A stretch of 32,000 bases of DNA, taken from Wallemia ichthyophaga EXF-994. Its lineage: Eukaryota > Fungi > Basidiomycota. The notes below the pieces were generated by a model. That model was not told where the DNA came from and ran no database searches. It saw only the letters and a program-made list of their open reading frames with translations. The position numbers were made by a program, and so were the translations under genes. The DNA lies in NCBI RefSeq assembly GCF_000400465.1, contig NW_008806274.1, positions 720,244 through 752,243 on the forward strand, in the 5' to 3' direction. The stretch's first letter is position 1; every line of letters begins with the position of its first letter. This document shows, one piece after another, positions 1 to 10,775 of the stretch.

Positions 1-9
1 AGTGCGTCC

Positions 10-3000
10 ATGATGTCAAGGGACAAAAGCAAATTGCTGTTCGATCCCAAGCGACATGATCCAGTAAAATTCAGTAATAATCATTTAAATAAAAAGAAGT
101 CAAGCGATGGCCATTCGCTGGGCCAGTCCATCTCCACCACCTCCTCCACCGTCGACGACTCCTTCTCCAGAGATCACTACAAGGATAAAGAAAAGCAGCG
201 TAAGAAGCGTAGGGATGCTCGTTCGCAGAGCAGCCACGAGTCGAGATCTTCAAACAATTCAAACTCAAATTCAAAGAAATCAAAGGATGAGCCGGCGTCG
301 GCGTTTTTAGTCCAGTTGAAGCGCGCTTATAGAGACATAATGGATACAGAGAACAAGCTAATCGATGAACGTAGAATGGCGATCACTTCCTCTACCAAAA
401 TATCCCTTTTCGGCCAAAACCCGGGGAAATCGAACGACGACTTGAATTGGATACGCTTGGTTAACAAGCACAAATCTCTTGCCGACGCTTATCACAGCTT
501 TCTTGCTACTTCTCTCGCTCCCCACACCCCAACTTCCCTGCACGCCCTGCCCCAGAAGTACAACATCCCCACAAGACTCTGGCAGAATGCTTTCCATGGC
601 CTGCTCGAGAAAATGAGGAGTGGGCTGAATCCAAAAAACCCCAGCTCTATTCTAGACCATCTCAGCGACTTTGTCTATCACGCGTACGCCTTCTATACCA
701 ACCTACTAGAAGAACCGGTTCTGTCGCCATTCAAAGCAAGCTGGATTGAGGCTCTCGGAGATCTAGCGAGGTATAGAATGGCTGTAGCATCCATCGAGTC
801 CACAGTTTCCACCGGTAACGGTAGTAGTAGCAGCCCGTATTCGCTACCTACCACTTTTGCCACTCCAGCGCCACCCACACCTTTCCAGGCACGCGTAGAT
901 GACTCGCAGCCAGAGATGCCACCTCATGCCGATGTTGCCAGCGTTGGTTTGCCAGCGTTGATGTCTGGTGGTTTTGATGTTGAGGACAGACACCTATGGA
1001 GGCAGGTTGCGCGCGACTGGTATGGCCAAGGGCTTCGAGATATGCCAGGTTGGTTGCTTCTACCACGCTAACACTCGCACTCATTCAACTACAGGCACTG
1101 GTCGACTGCAACACCACCTGGGTGTCCTTTGCAGGAATTCGCAGGACCCCGATGAGGGATTGCGAGCGCTATACCATCTCTGTAAAGCACTCACAACCTC
1201 CCACCCCTACCCCACTGCTCGAGAGACATTGCTTGGTCTGTTCGACCCCGAGCTGCAGAGTGCGCGAAAGAGGGAGGAGAGTGTAACTGAGCTCTTTACA
1301 CACGCACACGGACTGCTCTTCACGCGTGTCGAGCTGGATAGCTTTCCTCAAGCGCACGAGCGTCTCGTTGCACATCTCCAAGCTAAGCGCGCATCATTGC
1401 CCGATTCGGTGTGGATCATGATGGGCGTGGTGAACATAGCAAGTTTGCTGCAATACGGGCAGGATGACAGTGTTCTAAAACGTACCGCGGCTGCGACAGA
1501 TGACGGAGCGAAGCGACAGAAACAGCTTCACACATCGACTTCAAACCCTTCTCTCAACTCGGGCGGCGCTTTCAGTGCGCTTAGCTCCCCAGTCCCACCC
1601 GTGCCAGCATTACCGCAGGCGATCATGATGCATTCGAATAACAGGACAGGCAGTAACCCCAATCTCAATCTCATGTCGAGCAGTCCCAAATCAAGTCACT
1701 CGTTGGAGAATCTCAACAACTTCAATAACAGACCAGCCTCCAGCGCCAGCACGCGATCAGGTGGTGGCGACGACGATGTGCTCCTCGCGCTGAATAAGGA
1801 GGGCGTCAGCGAGGAGTATAGCACATCCAATACGGTTTTCGAGCATGCGCAGGAGATGACGTTCAGTATATTCGCTCTCCTCCTCCAGAAGCCTACTACG
1901 ACTAGAGAGGGAGGTGAAGGAGGGGCACCACTTAACCCATACATCACGATCGTGATGACGTATCTGACGACGATCCTTAAGCAGCCGACTGCGCTTTCGC
2001 TGCTCGAGAAGAAAATTCCGTGGGTTGAGTTAGCGATGTGTCTATCGCGCACCTTCCCCGATCGCACATCGCTAGAAAAGGGGGCCAAGACAGGCAACTT
2101 GAACGGTAGTGGTAGTAGTGGTAGTGTTGCGAATGGGCTGCCACAGGGACCGCAGCTGTCGCGCCTCGTCGCCGGCACGCCTCTCCCCGAAGATTGGTGT
2201 TTACGAGGCATGGAGTGGGTGGGGCGAAGAGTGTACGAGCGAGGGTTCTGGAAGACGCGTACGGGCGCATCAAGCACCGGTGCCAGCTACTCTGGTGCAC
2301 CTCCGCCTGTATCTGGATCTGCCATCCAGTCCGAAATGGACGTTCTATCCACTCACATGAGCGGGGTGCCCAGCGGTGCAAACGCTTCCGCACAGGATGG
2401 TCTCGACGGCGTGATCGAGAGTGACGACGATGACGATATCGATAGTATTGCTCGTCTGCGTCTCGATGGTGACGATGGAGCTTGCGCATCTTCCGATTTG
2501 GACTCACCGCTCAAACTCGCTGAGAGACGTCTGGCGCGGCTGGCATTCACCAGTACTGTGCTGGCGCGATTGGTGCAAGGCTTCGATATAGTCAGCTTAG
2601 ATAAGGAGCTCGGCCACTCTGACGCTGTCGAGTTTACCATCACGGGCGAACTGCAAGCCAAGATGAAGCGGTGGAGACTCGCCGAGGAGAGAAAGCGCGA
2701 GGATGAACTTCGCAGGTTGGAGGAAATCTACCAACATAACAGCGACAGTGCTAGCGATGTCGATTCCGATGCTTTCTCTGATATTTCCTCGCTCAGCGAG
2801 GCGATTAGTGGCGGTGAGAATGAGGATGAGGATGAGGAGCTGCGCCAGCTCAAATTGCGCAGGAGGGAGCTCAAGTCTCTAGTCAGAGAGCAAAAGGAGA
2901 AGGAGAGGGAGGCGCAAGCGAATGTGAACACCTCCAATAATCTCAACACCCTCAATATGCTCAATACCATACAACCGTCACTGACTACACTCATTTTCGA

Positions 3001-3692
3001 CACCAACGTCATGCTCTCTTCGATTGAGTATGTGCAGGCATTCGTCGAGAGCGGCGCTTGGGTGTGTGTGGTTCCGCTAGCTGGTAAGTTTGCTTGTGTT
3101 GCGGTAATCCTCTTACACTCCCCCCAGTCATCACGGAGCTGGATGGTATATCTAGAACAGATAACGCCCTCGGCAACGCTGCTATAGTCGCGACGTCGTA
3201 CTTAGATGGAGCAGTTGAGCGCAGCAACTCACTCAAGGTGCGATAGGGCATTTGCTCTGTATTTCTTTCTCACGCTCATCCTCGCAGATCCAGACATCGA
3301 AGAACAACTTCCTGAAAGACCTCACGATGAGGTACGAGGATTACGGCAGTGGTGGCGACATGGATGGGTTTGAGGAGAGGAAGACGCTCGATGATGTAAT
3401 TCTCGACGCTGCCAAGTGGCACAAGGAGAATTGGATGGAGCGGGAGAGACACTGGGAGATGCGTGAGCGTGAGCCTAAGGTTGAAGGCCAGGTGAATGCG
3501 TTCAGCCTCAACTCACCACCTACCTCACCACAGTTATCCGCTAAGCCAGCTATCCCAACCAAGTCTACTTCAAAGGTCGCGCTTATAACCTACGATCGCA
3601 ATTTGCGTCTCAAGAGTCATGCAGCAGGCGTGACTTCGGTGGACGAGAGTGCCTTCGCAAGGCTGTACAAGAACCATTACGGGAATAGCTGA
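10..3692 (+). CDS. EST1/SMG5-6-7 family protein (Est1 TPR/14-3-3-like domain plus C-terminal PIN nuclease domain), SMG6-like
   Basis: Exons 10-1048, 1095-3083, 3128-3237, 3288-3692 (GT-AG introns of 46, 44 and 50 nt; ~1180 aa). Splicing restores the Est1 motifs WIEALGDLARYRMA, W...AR.WY and PGTGRLQHHLG, then LPEDWCLRGMEW and the PIN motifs FDTN, VITELDG, DDVILD and TYDRNLRLK. The frame is open to base 1, so the start may lie upstream. Confidence 0.85.
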
Positions 3693-3713
3693 TGGGGAAT
3701 AGCTGATAATAGC
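3681..3713 (+). repeat. Short tandem duplication spanning the stop codon (GGGAATAGCTGAT x2 plus partial AATAGC)
   Basis: Copies at 3681-3693 and 3695-3707, read directly from the sequence. Confidence 0.85.
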
Positions 3714-3830
3714 CTAGCTCAGGTACACATTACAAAAGGGGTTTTTTAATCATCTTTTTGAGAAAAAAGAAAGTCAGTTGATATCGTCAAGTGCCTTGTG
3801 CGTTAAGGCGTACAAGTGAGGAGGTGGGTT

Positions 3831-4025
3831 AGTTGGTTGGTTGATATCATTGATATCATTGATGTCGTTGATGTCGTTGGTGTGGCAGATTTGGCCATTT
3901 ATACCACTCATCATCTCGTGCTCTTGCTGTTGCTTTTGCTCTTACTCTTCCTCTTACACCTACTGTCGCTCTTATTCATGCTTACTCTCGCTCTCGCTTT
4001 TTTCTTACTCCTGCTTACTCTCACA
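3831..4025. repeat. Low-complexity region between convergent genes: (TTGG)n, a 9-mer TTGATRTCR x4 and a degenerate CTYTTR/CTCTCG hexamer tract
   Basis: 9-mer copies at 3841-3849, 3850-3858, 3859-3867 and 3868-3876; pyrimidine-rich hexamer-like repeats at ~3920-4020. Confidence 0.75.
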
Positions 4026-4074
4026 TCGCATCACTGATATTTATCTCGTTTGCTGCAAATGTAAATAAATTAAA

Positions 4075-5457
4075 CTAATTTCCAATATTCTTATAAGCAT
4101 CAATATATTTTAAGTTGGCAGGGTCGTTAGGGAGGGATTCGAGATGTTGTTTTGTGAGGGAGTCCAAATGCAGCGCCGACTTGATAGCGCGTTCGAAGCA
4201 GCCGAGGGCTCTTTGGTTATCGTTTACGGACTGATGGAGGACACCCATCAAGTAAGCGCATTCGGAGGCTGTTTTGTTAGATGAGGCTGTGAGTTTAAGT
4301 GCCTGTCTCTTGGCGTATGTATCGGAGGCAAAAGAGCCATCGACGGCTTTGTGGGTAGTTTGCGAGAGATGTTCGGCATTCTGCAGCCATCCTAAAGATT
4401 CTTCGAGGTTGGATTTATTCAATGCGTAGCGCACCTCGGCGTAATGAACCTGGGATAATGCGAGGGAGTGTCTCAGCCAGAGAGCCTGAAGACAGTGGGG
4501 GGTGTTGTGGGGATCAGTCGACCTATGCAGAACGTCGATGAGGGTTTTCTGAATGGATGAAGCTTCGGTGAGTCTAGTGGTGGTGGAGTAAAGTTTGGAG
4601 AGAGAGAGGAGGGTTTCGATGTATGCTCTGAGCTGGGCGGGGGAGAGAGAGGCGATGTTTACATCCAAGCGTGGGTGGGTATGTGTGGTGTTTCTAGTGA
4701 GAGTGAGCCAGCTTGGCCAGCGCGAGGAATGCGATTGGGGTGTGTCGTGATGGGGCAGTCTGCGCAAGGCGGTGTGGTACCAAGACTCGCTTTCTTTGTG
4801 TAATCCTAACGCTCTGCAAACATTACCGGCACTATTCTCGACCTTTATCAGCGCAGTGGGTGGTGCACCACTCGCAACGAGGAAGGAAACCACCTTCTCG
4901 TAGCCGTCGAGGGCGTTGTGAAGGGAGACGCGGGTGTGGATTCTACTGCGTATATCAGCTAGACGCAAGGAGAGTGTGTTGAGGATGTAGTCTTTGTGGA
5001 TTGTAGCGGGTGCAGCTTGGATATGGGTGATAGCCGATAACAGATAAGACTGGGCCATGTCGAGGGAGGGGTTGAGGGAGGTGATGTTGGTAGCAGTGCC
5101 TACGCCCCATTCCAACGCAATCCACGCAGATCTAACCAAGTGAGCTGGCTTGTAAGGGATTGAAGGGTGTGTACCGCCGTTGAGACCACCAGACCAATCG
5201 TCGTTTTCGAGTGACCATTCATCAGTGTCGTTTGGAGGCGGGTGGTTGTATAGCGCAGCACCTTCTAGCCTCTTGTACTCCACAAACTGGTTTACTCCTT
5301 CGAAAGTGGCTAGCGTGCCCAGCAACCCAGCCAGGCTAAAGACAGCGGACCACTTGAAAATATTCTTAAACACGGCAAACGTCTCAAGCGTAGGCTTAAC
5401 GAAATTCTGATGCTTTAAATTTAAATTTGAGTATTTGAGTATTCGCGATTGGCGCAT
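4075..5457 (-). CDS. Uncharacterised protein with a basic N-terminal presequence-like segment, one TM helix and TPR-like helical repeats (probable mitochondrial inner-membrane protein, possibly Mgr3-like)
   Basis: Single 460-aa ORF from the ATG at 5457 (the track starts at an upstream TTG). It has an N-terminal MRQSRILK.., a hydrophobic WSAVFSLAGLLGTLATF segment and TPR-like segments (AGNVCRALGLHKESESWYHTAL, CAYLMGVLHQSVNDNQRALGCFERAI). The family assignment is tentative. Confidence 0.6.
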   Translation of the reverse strand: MRQSRILKYSNLNLKHQNFVKPTLETFAVFKNIFKWSAVFSLAGLLGTLATFEGVNQFVEYKRLEGAALYNHPPPNDTDEWSLENDDWSGGLNGGTHPSIPYKPAHLVRSAWIALEWGVGTATNITSLNPSLDMAQSYLLSAITHIQAAPATIHKDYILNTLSLRLADIRSRIHTRVSLHNALDGYEKVVSFLVASGAPPTALIKVENSAGNVCRALGLHKESESWYHTALRRLPHHDTPQSHSSRWPSWLTLTRNTTHTHPRLDVNIASLSPAQLRAYIETLLSLSKLYSTTTRLTEASSIQKTLIDVLHRSTDPHNTPHCLQALWLRHSLALSQVHYAEVRYALNKSNLEESLGWLQNAEHLSQTTHKAVDGSFASDTYAKRQALKLTASSNKTASECAYLMGVLHQSVNDNQRALGCFERAIKSALHLDSLTKQHLESLPNDPANLKYIDAYKNIGN

Positions 5458-5505
5458 AATGGTGGTTCCAGTCAACGGTGAGGAAGCGTAAAAGAGATAA
5501 GCTTA

Positions 5506-6078
5506 ATGAGCGTGCTGGGTGGGTGTATTAATTGAGTGCCGGGAGCAATCCAATCTCATTATAAATCCAGATTACGCAGGTGGGTGGTGTAGAGTAGATA
5601 GTAGAATCATCACTCAACATCACGGCACAATCATTAGATCGGAGTGGGTTGGGGTTTTAACGCGTATTAATCCCATCTAACGCGCCTAGTAATCTACTCT
5701 GATCGATACTCAGACGATTTCTTCGAATACAGACACGTTATCCTTCCCAAGCAAGTTCTGCGCCTTCTCCCGAGGCAGTACTTTGAAGCGGACGACAGCG
5801 GCGTATTGCGCATACTCACAGAGGCTGAGTGGAGAGGCATGGGCATAACCCAGTCACTGGGTTGGGAGATGTACGCGACTCACGGTGAGTGGAAACGTCT
5901 GGCTACTCAACACACACGTAATTTGCTTTTACAGCCCCAGAACCGCACATACTGCTGTTTAGAAGGGAGAAGGATTATCAAGGAAAAGTATGTCGTCTAC
6001 TACAGCCACGAACGCCTCTCTAACCCTCATTCTCAGTATGGTATCGAAGGCAAACCCCTTCACACTAGAAAAAAGTAA
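5506..6078 (+). CDS. CKS1: Cyclin-dependent kinase regulatory subunit (Cks1/Suc1)
   Basis: Exons 5506-5518, 5571-5579, 5638-5643, 5690-5884, 5935-5987, 6037-6078 give 105 aa: [30 protein letters not shown]...[41 protein letters not shown]... The CKS signatures [14 protein letters not shown] and [12 protein letters not shown] are clear. The gene is largely missed by the ORF track. Confidence 0.93.
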
Positions 6079-6271
6079 TTGTATCTCGTCTCGCATTTAA
6101 CAAAATTTTCATCCTTTCAGACATTATCAGATTATCAGACATATATACATATCTCTAGATATACAAAGATAAGACATGTAAGATATTTGAAACATTCCCG
6201 GTTATCACACGCCAGCGACACGCCCGCACGCGTAACACGTAAATACCATTCATTCCCATCCACCTCCCATC

Positions 6272-9228
6272 ATGACAGACGTCGGTGGAATGACAGATTT
6301 GAACAGACTGAATTTGAGGCTCAAGTGTCTCGATCTCTGTCACTTGAACAGATCGATCAATAGCGCTGTCCTAACTCCCCGCGGCTTCATTCTTCTCGCT
6401 GCGTCTGACACGCTATTCTGTCTCCCACTGAAATCGATTGGGCAGCCTCCACGCGTCTTGATCAAGCGACTTAAATCTGCTCACTCTATTTCCATTCTCC
6501 CCCTCACCAGCGTTATATTGATTTCCACCGATAATGCAACGCGATACTACGATTTGCGTCAAGTTGAAAAATCTTGTTTGCAGCTGTGGGACATGTCTAC
6601 GGGGCAGGTGAACGTGTTGCCTGATCTGCGCACTCCTGCTCCACCCGCGCTGCAAGACGGCGAACTCAACCATCTAACACACCTGCCGCCACCCACTCCA
6701 ACTAGTCCCCCTTTCTCCATTTCCCCTAGTATGCCCGATATCTCAGCCTCTACAAATTCTCCAGCGCTGCCCCCTTTACCCTTTCAAATTGAGGAGAATA
6801 GCAGTTTGTTTGGTGGTGCTGATGGTGGTGCTGATGTTGGTGCTGATAGTGCTGCCACTAGCCCTGCTCCTAGTCCTGCTATCAGTGCTGCTCCCTCGCC
6901 GTTCCACCCAGACACCCAAACTACGCCCATCCACCAGCGCAGAAAAGCAAGACAGCCACCGACACTCAACACAGTCAACACACCACACGCTCAATCCACT
7001 CAGCCCCACGTAGACGGGCATGCACGCTCACGCAGCGAGGACTTAACGCCGCTGACCAGCGACGTAGTGAAGCGGGAGTTAGAGCGTGTGCATATTCGGA
7101 ACAATCGAAGCAAAAAAAGCGCTGCGAAGCTAACACACAAGAATCTCAACGACATAATCCACCCAACCATTCTACGCGTAGGCGAGACGAGTGAGCTGAG
7201 CTACTTGGCAGTCCTTTCGCTCACGCTACCTGACAACGACACGCGACAACCCGCAGACCAAACGACAGTGTCGTTGTTTGCGGGCACGCAGCATGCCCCT
7301 CTATCCCTCGTCAAGGCTTTCATCCTCCCCGATCGCCCTGTCGATTTGCAGCTGTCGATCAAGGGCGACGACATGTCGGAGATTATCCTCGTCTACGACA
7401 GAAGTATTTTCGCTCTCAACCCGTTTTCGATTAACGTGCGCGAAATCAAAGTTGGCAGGGGTGGTAGACGGCGGAGGAACCAAAACGGGCATAGCAACGG
7501 TGAGAGGGACGGAGAGACGCAGGGCGGAGGAGCACATGGCGATAGCACACGCTGGTCAACTGAGTTAGCTAATCAAGGAGGGGTGCAAGATACGCGCGTA
7601 GTGGATATGGGTGTTGGTGTGGGCGAGACGGCACCGACGCGCGTGTCAATGTCAGTGCACGGAGGACAGAACGATCCTATACCTACAGAGCACTCTTCCA
7701 ACTCACTCGCATCGACCATCCTCGCTAACAACTCTTATACCAACTTCACGCCTCCGTTGATCGATACGAATGGAGCCAACTTGAGCAACACGACGCACCC
7801 AACAAACTCAAACTCAACACACTCAACGCCCACGCGACGCACATCAAGCAGATTCGGCGGACTGAGCAGGTGGACGAGTATGCTACAGCGGCCATTCCAG
7901 CCGCGCACATCAAGCAATGTGCTAGGGAGCCAAAGCCAGAGTGATACAGTACAGGAAGACGCAACGACACCAACAGTCTCACCTGAGACGCGCAAGACCA
8001 CCATTAACCCCCACTACACCACCCTCGTCCAACTGCACCAAACGCCGCCTCTTCCACCCGCTGCCCTCGAGAAGATGTTTACCATCCCTCCCCGCTATGA
8101 CGAGCTAGAAGCTCAGCGCAGTCGGAGTGTTTTTATGAACAAGACAGCGTCGCAGCTTTCGGCGCGCAGCCACCACCATGATGATCTGCGCAAGTGCTGG
8201 CACTACCTCGATCCACGCGGCACTGAGCATGGTTAGTTGATTTTTGAGTTTGGGTTTACCGAGCTAACACATTCGTAGGCCCATGGAGTACGAAAACAAT
8301 GCAAAACTGGTACACGAGCCGACGCTTTCTCAGCAATCTTCCTATTAGACATGAGCGAATGCGTTATCACAAAACGCTAACTGAGCTAATAGCGCAGTTC
8401 GGTGCAGAAAACCCATTTGTAGTGGCACTAGGAGCTGTACTGCAGTACTCACCAGCGGACTCACTCAAGAGCCTCGATCCTCCTACTCCCCTCCTACCCC
8501 CCATTTCCCTCATCAGCGATCCTGCTCTACCGCGTACTGGCGCACAGAGCATCTATCTCGCCGCTCGCCGTTACCTACCCACTATGCTAATCGACCACAA
8601 CGGCAGATCTATCGTGCGCGGCAGTGGTATACGCTGGGTTGGGAGTGGGTACAGTGATGGAGGTGAACACACAGACGCAGAAACGAATTCCGATGACGAT
8701 ATCAAACACTTTGAAATGATTTCTACTTCAGACGATAACACCACCGCCGCACTCGTCGCTATTCGCCAGCGCAGCTTCGAGGTGATCGATATTGCTGACG
8801 CCCTCCTCGGCCACCCCTCCGAGAGGGAGAAGGCATTGCCGGGGTGGGAGCGGCATATGTGTCGGGCGGGTGTGAGTCGGCCGTACGTTCACAAGCTGCA
8901 CAAGCACCGTAGAGACAGACGCGATCTAAATGCGGAGACGGCGCGCGGACGCAGTTATTCACACCCGCGTTATGTGAATAACGGAGTGAGTTCGAGTGCG
9001 AATGGAAGTCGCGCAGATCTGAGAAGCACATTATTGGATTCGCAGCTTCAACTCCCCTCAGAGTCACACAGTCGCGCCCATCTCCCCCACTCAAACTCAA
9101 ATTCAGACGGCGACGCTGTCCGCCTCATCTACATCGGCAGACAGGCACAGGCACACAGCGAGACGGTGTACTTGCTCGAATCGTACAGCGACGGGAATGT
9201 GCGGATAGTTATATTGTGTAGAAAGTAA
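6272..9228 (+). CDS. Uncharacterised protein with CNH-like beta-propeller segments and a GYF-type domain
   Basis: Exons 6272-8231 and 8279-9228 (47-nt intron GTTAGT..GCTAAC..TAG; ~969 aa). The splice junction creates WHYLDPRGTEHGPWSTKTMQNWYTSRRFLSNLPIR, which matches the GYF-domain pattern. Beta-strand-rich CNH-like blocks lie at the N-terminus, in the middle and at the C-terminus, separated by S/T/P-rich linkers. Confidence 0.6.
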
Positions 9229-9278
9229 AAGAAAAAAATGAATAATTTTCTCTGAATTTGTTTTGCTTTTCTTCGTCG

Positions 9279-10256
9279 ATGGCCATGACGTGGAGCAAGG
9301 AAGATAAAAGGGGAGCAGGGGAAGCGGTGAAAGCAGCAGGATTTGTAGGGATAGGTGTAGCCAGTGCGTTTCTAGGAATACTCGCGCACAAGGTGTTTAT
9401 ACGGCGGGTGCGCAATGTAGACATGATCACCGCGTCTATGATCGACAAACAGGCGAGGGTGCGTGGGTTGGTTACGCGTGTAGGGGACGGCGACAACTTC
9501 CGCTTGTACCACACTCCCCTACTCAGCTTCACACAGCGACGGGCTATTCTCGGCAGGAAGATGACGGCGAACGACACCATACACGTACGTCTGGCTGGCG
9601 TGGATGCACCGGAGGTGGGTTTGCTTGCTCATGTGAATGTGCATGAGCGTGCGCGCAACTACAACTCAATCGCTAAGCCCGCACTAGACGGCTCATTTCG
9701 GTAAACCTGCCCAACCATACGCCAACGAAGCGCTCGAGTGGCTCAGGAAGACGATCACGGGCGAGAAAGTATCAGTAAAGCTGCTGCGTAAGGATAGATA
9801 TGGTAGAGTTGTAGGTTGAAGAGTGTAGAGCGTGTAGAGCGTGTAGAGCGTCGAGTGTGCTCATATCACACCATTCAGGTTGGCAACGCGCAGCTACTCG
9901 CGAAATGGTACAGACCGTGGCGGAAGAACGTCTCGATGGAGCTGACTAAAGGTAAATTGCTGCATTGGCGTTGACACACCGTCTCACTCCCCAACGCAGC
10001 TGGGTATGGATCCATCTATGCGCAAGATGACGCAGAGTGGGTTGGTGCGCGCGTTAAGGCTTCTTACTCATCCTTTTCTTCTTCTAGATACGACGGAATG
10101 CTCGATAGGCTGCGCAAGGTTGAGAGTGACGCGAGGTGCGTAGCGCGTATCAAATGCTTATCACCACTCACATCCCGCAGACGCAAGAAGAGAGGGATGT
10201 GGAAGCAGAAGAAGGTTGAGCTGCCAGCAGATTACAAAAGCAAGTATAGAGGCTGA
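9279..10256 (+). CDS. LCL3: Lcl3-like staphylococcal-nuclease (thermonuclease) family endonuclease with N-terminal TM anchor
   Basis: Exons 9279-9614, 9688-9810, 9879-9951, 10000-10036, 10088-10135, 10181-10256 (230 aa). Motifs [42 protein letters not shown], and ...ARRKKRGMW. Confidence 0.88.
9823..9849 (+). repeat. Perfect 9-bp tandem repeat (GTGTAGAGC)x3 inside LCL3 intron 2
   Basis: Read directly from the sequence; it lengthens this intron to 68 nt. Confidence 0.9.
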
Positions 10257-10708
10257 TTGTATCGAGTGTGTCAAATGTATCATCTGTTTGTTGGATAATT
10301 GTGGATATAAATACAAAGAAAGTGAATATGTACCGGCAAGTACACCAGCCGCATTACATACTCCAGCCATATTACAAGCCACTCCACACAAATCCACCAG
10401 CTTGGTTTAGTAATCTGCCACATCACCGATAACAATCGCGACTAGAACGTCGATAAGCGTACCATAATACATTTCTCAGGCTTATACATTACAACACCCT
10501 TTCTGCACGTCCTTGTTCGCATCCCGTGGATAGCCGACATTGGGCTGAAGGGAAAATACCTTGAAAGGGGCGCAGTGTAGAGTGAGATTATACCACACAC
10601 ACCACCCACTCCCCTCCCTCAAAATACAAAATTTGATTTTAAATTTTCACCCAGATTTTGATGATTTTCGCGGTGATTTCCTCTTTTCTCCAGACCACTT
10701 AAAGTTCG

Positions 10709-10763
10709 GTGAGTGGATAACACGTGTATAAAGCACTATCAGCCGCTCTAACACCGCCTATAG
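10709..10763 (+). other. Probable 5'-UTR intron of the ADP/ATP carrier gene
   Basis: GTGAGT donor, CTAAC branch point and TATAG acceptor (55 nt), ending 12 nt before the ATG at 10776. No in-frame upstream ATG is joined. Confidence 0.7.
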
Positions 10764-10775
10764 CCACCGTCTACC

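Noticed and set aside
1696-3012. Long antisense and alternate-frame ORFs overlapping the EST1-like gene (and similar ones over NOC2, MCMBP, MAP1 and the CNH-GYF gene)
   Set aside because: These are shadow ORFs fully inside well-supported genes, with low-complexity translations and non-ATG starts.
3841-3876. Short direct repeats considered as a possible CRISPR-like array
   Set aside because: The 9-bp units are contiguous with no spacers, and the context is eukaryotic.
3816-4068. Hydrophobic 73-75 aa ORFs (poly-Leu, DIIDIIDVVDVV) and a 46-aa antisense NDI-repeat ORF
   Set aside because: They are products of simple 6- and 9-mer repeats in the convergent 3' region. The opposite strand is riddled with stops and nothing resembles a known family.
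9258-10256. Fragmented ORFs (LCL3, CNS1, the Rco1-like gene, MAP1, GTR1) could look like frameshifted pseudogenes
   Set aside because: Every break is explained by a 44-82 nt GT-AG intron with a branch-like motif, and the spliced lengths are multiples of three with conserved motifs restored.
10161-10410. Cys-containing short ORFs on both strands considered as a hydrophobin, metallothionein or pheromone precursor
   Set aside because: There is no 8-Cys hydrophobin pattern, signal peptide or C-terminal CAAX. The starts are non-ATG and the ORFs overlap the LCL3 last exon.
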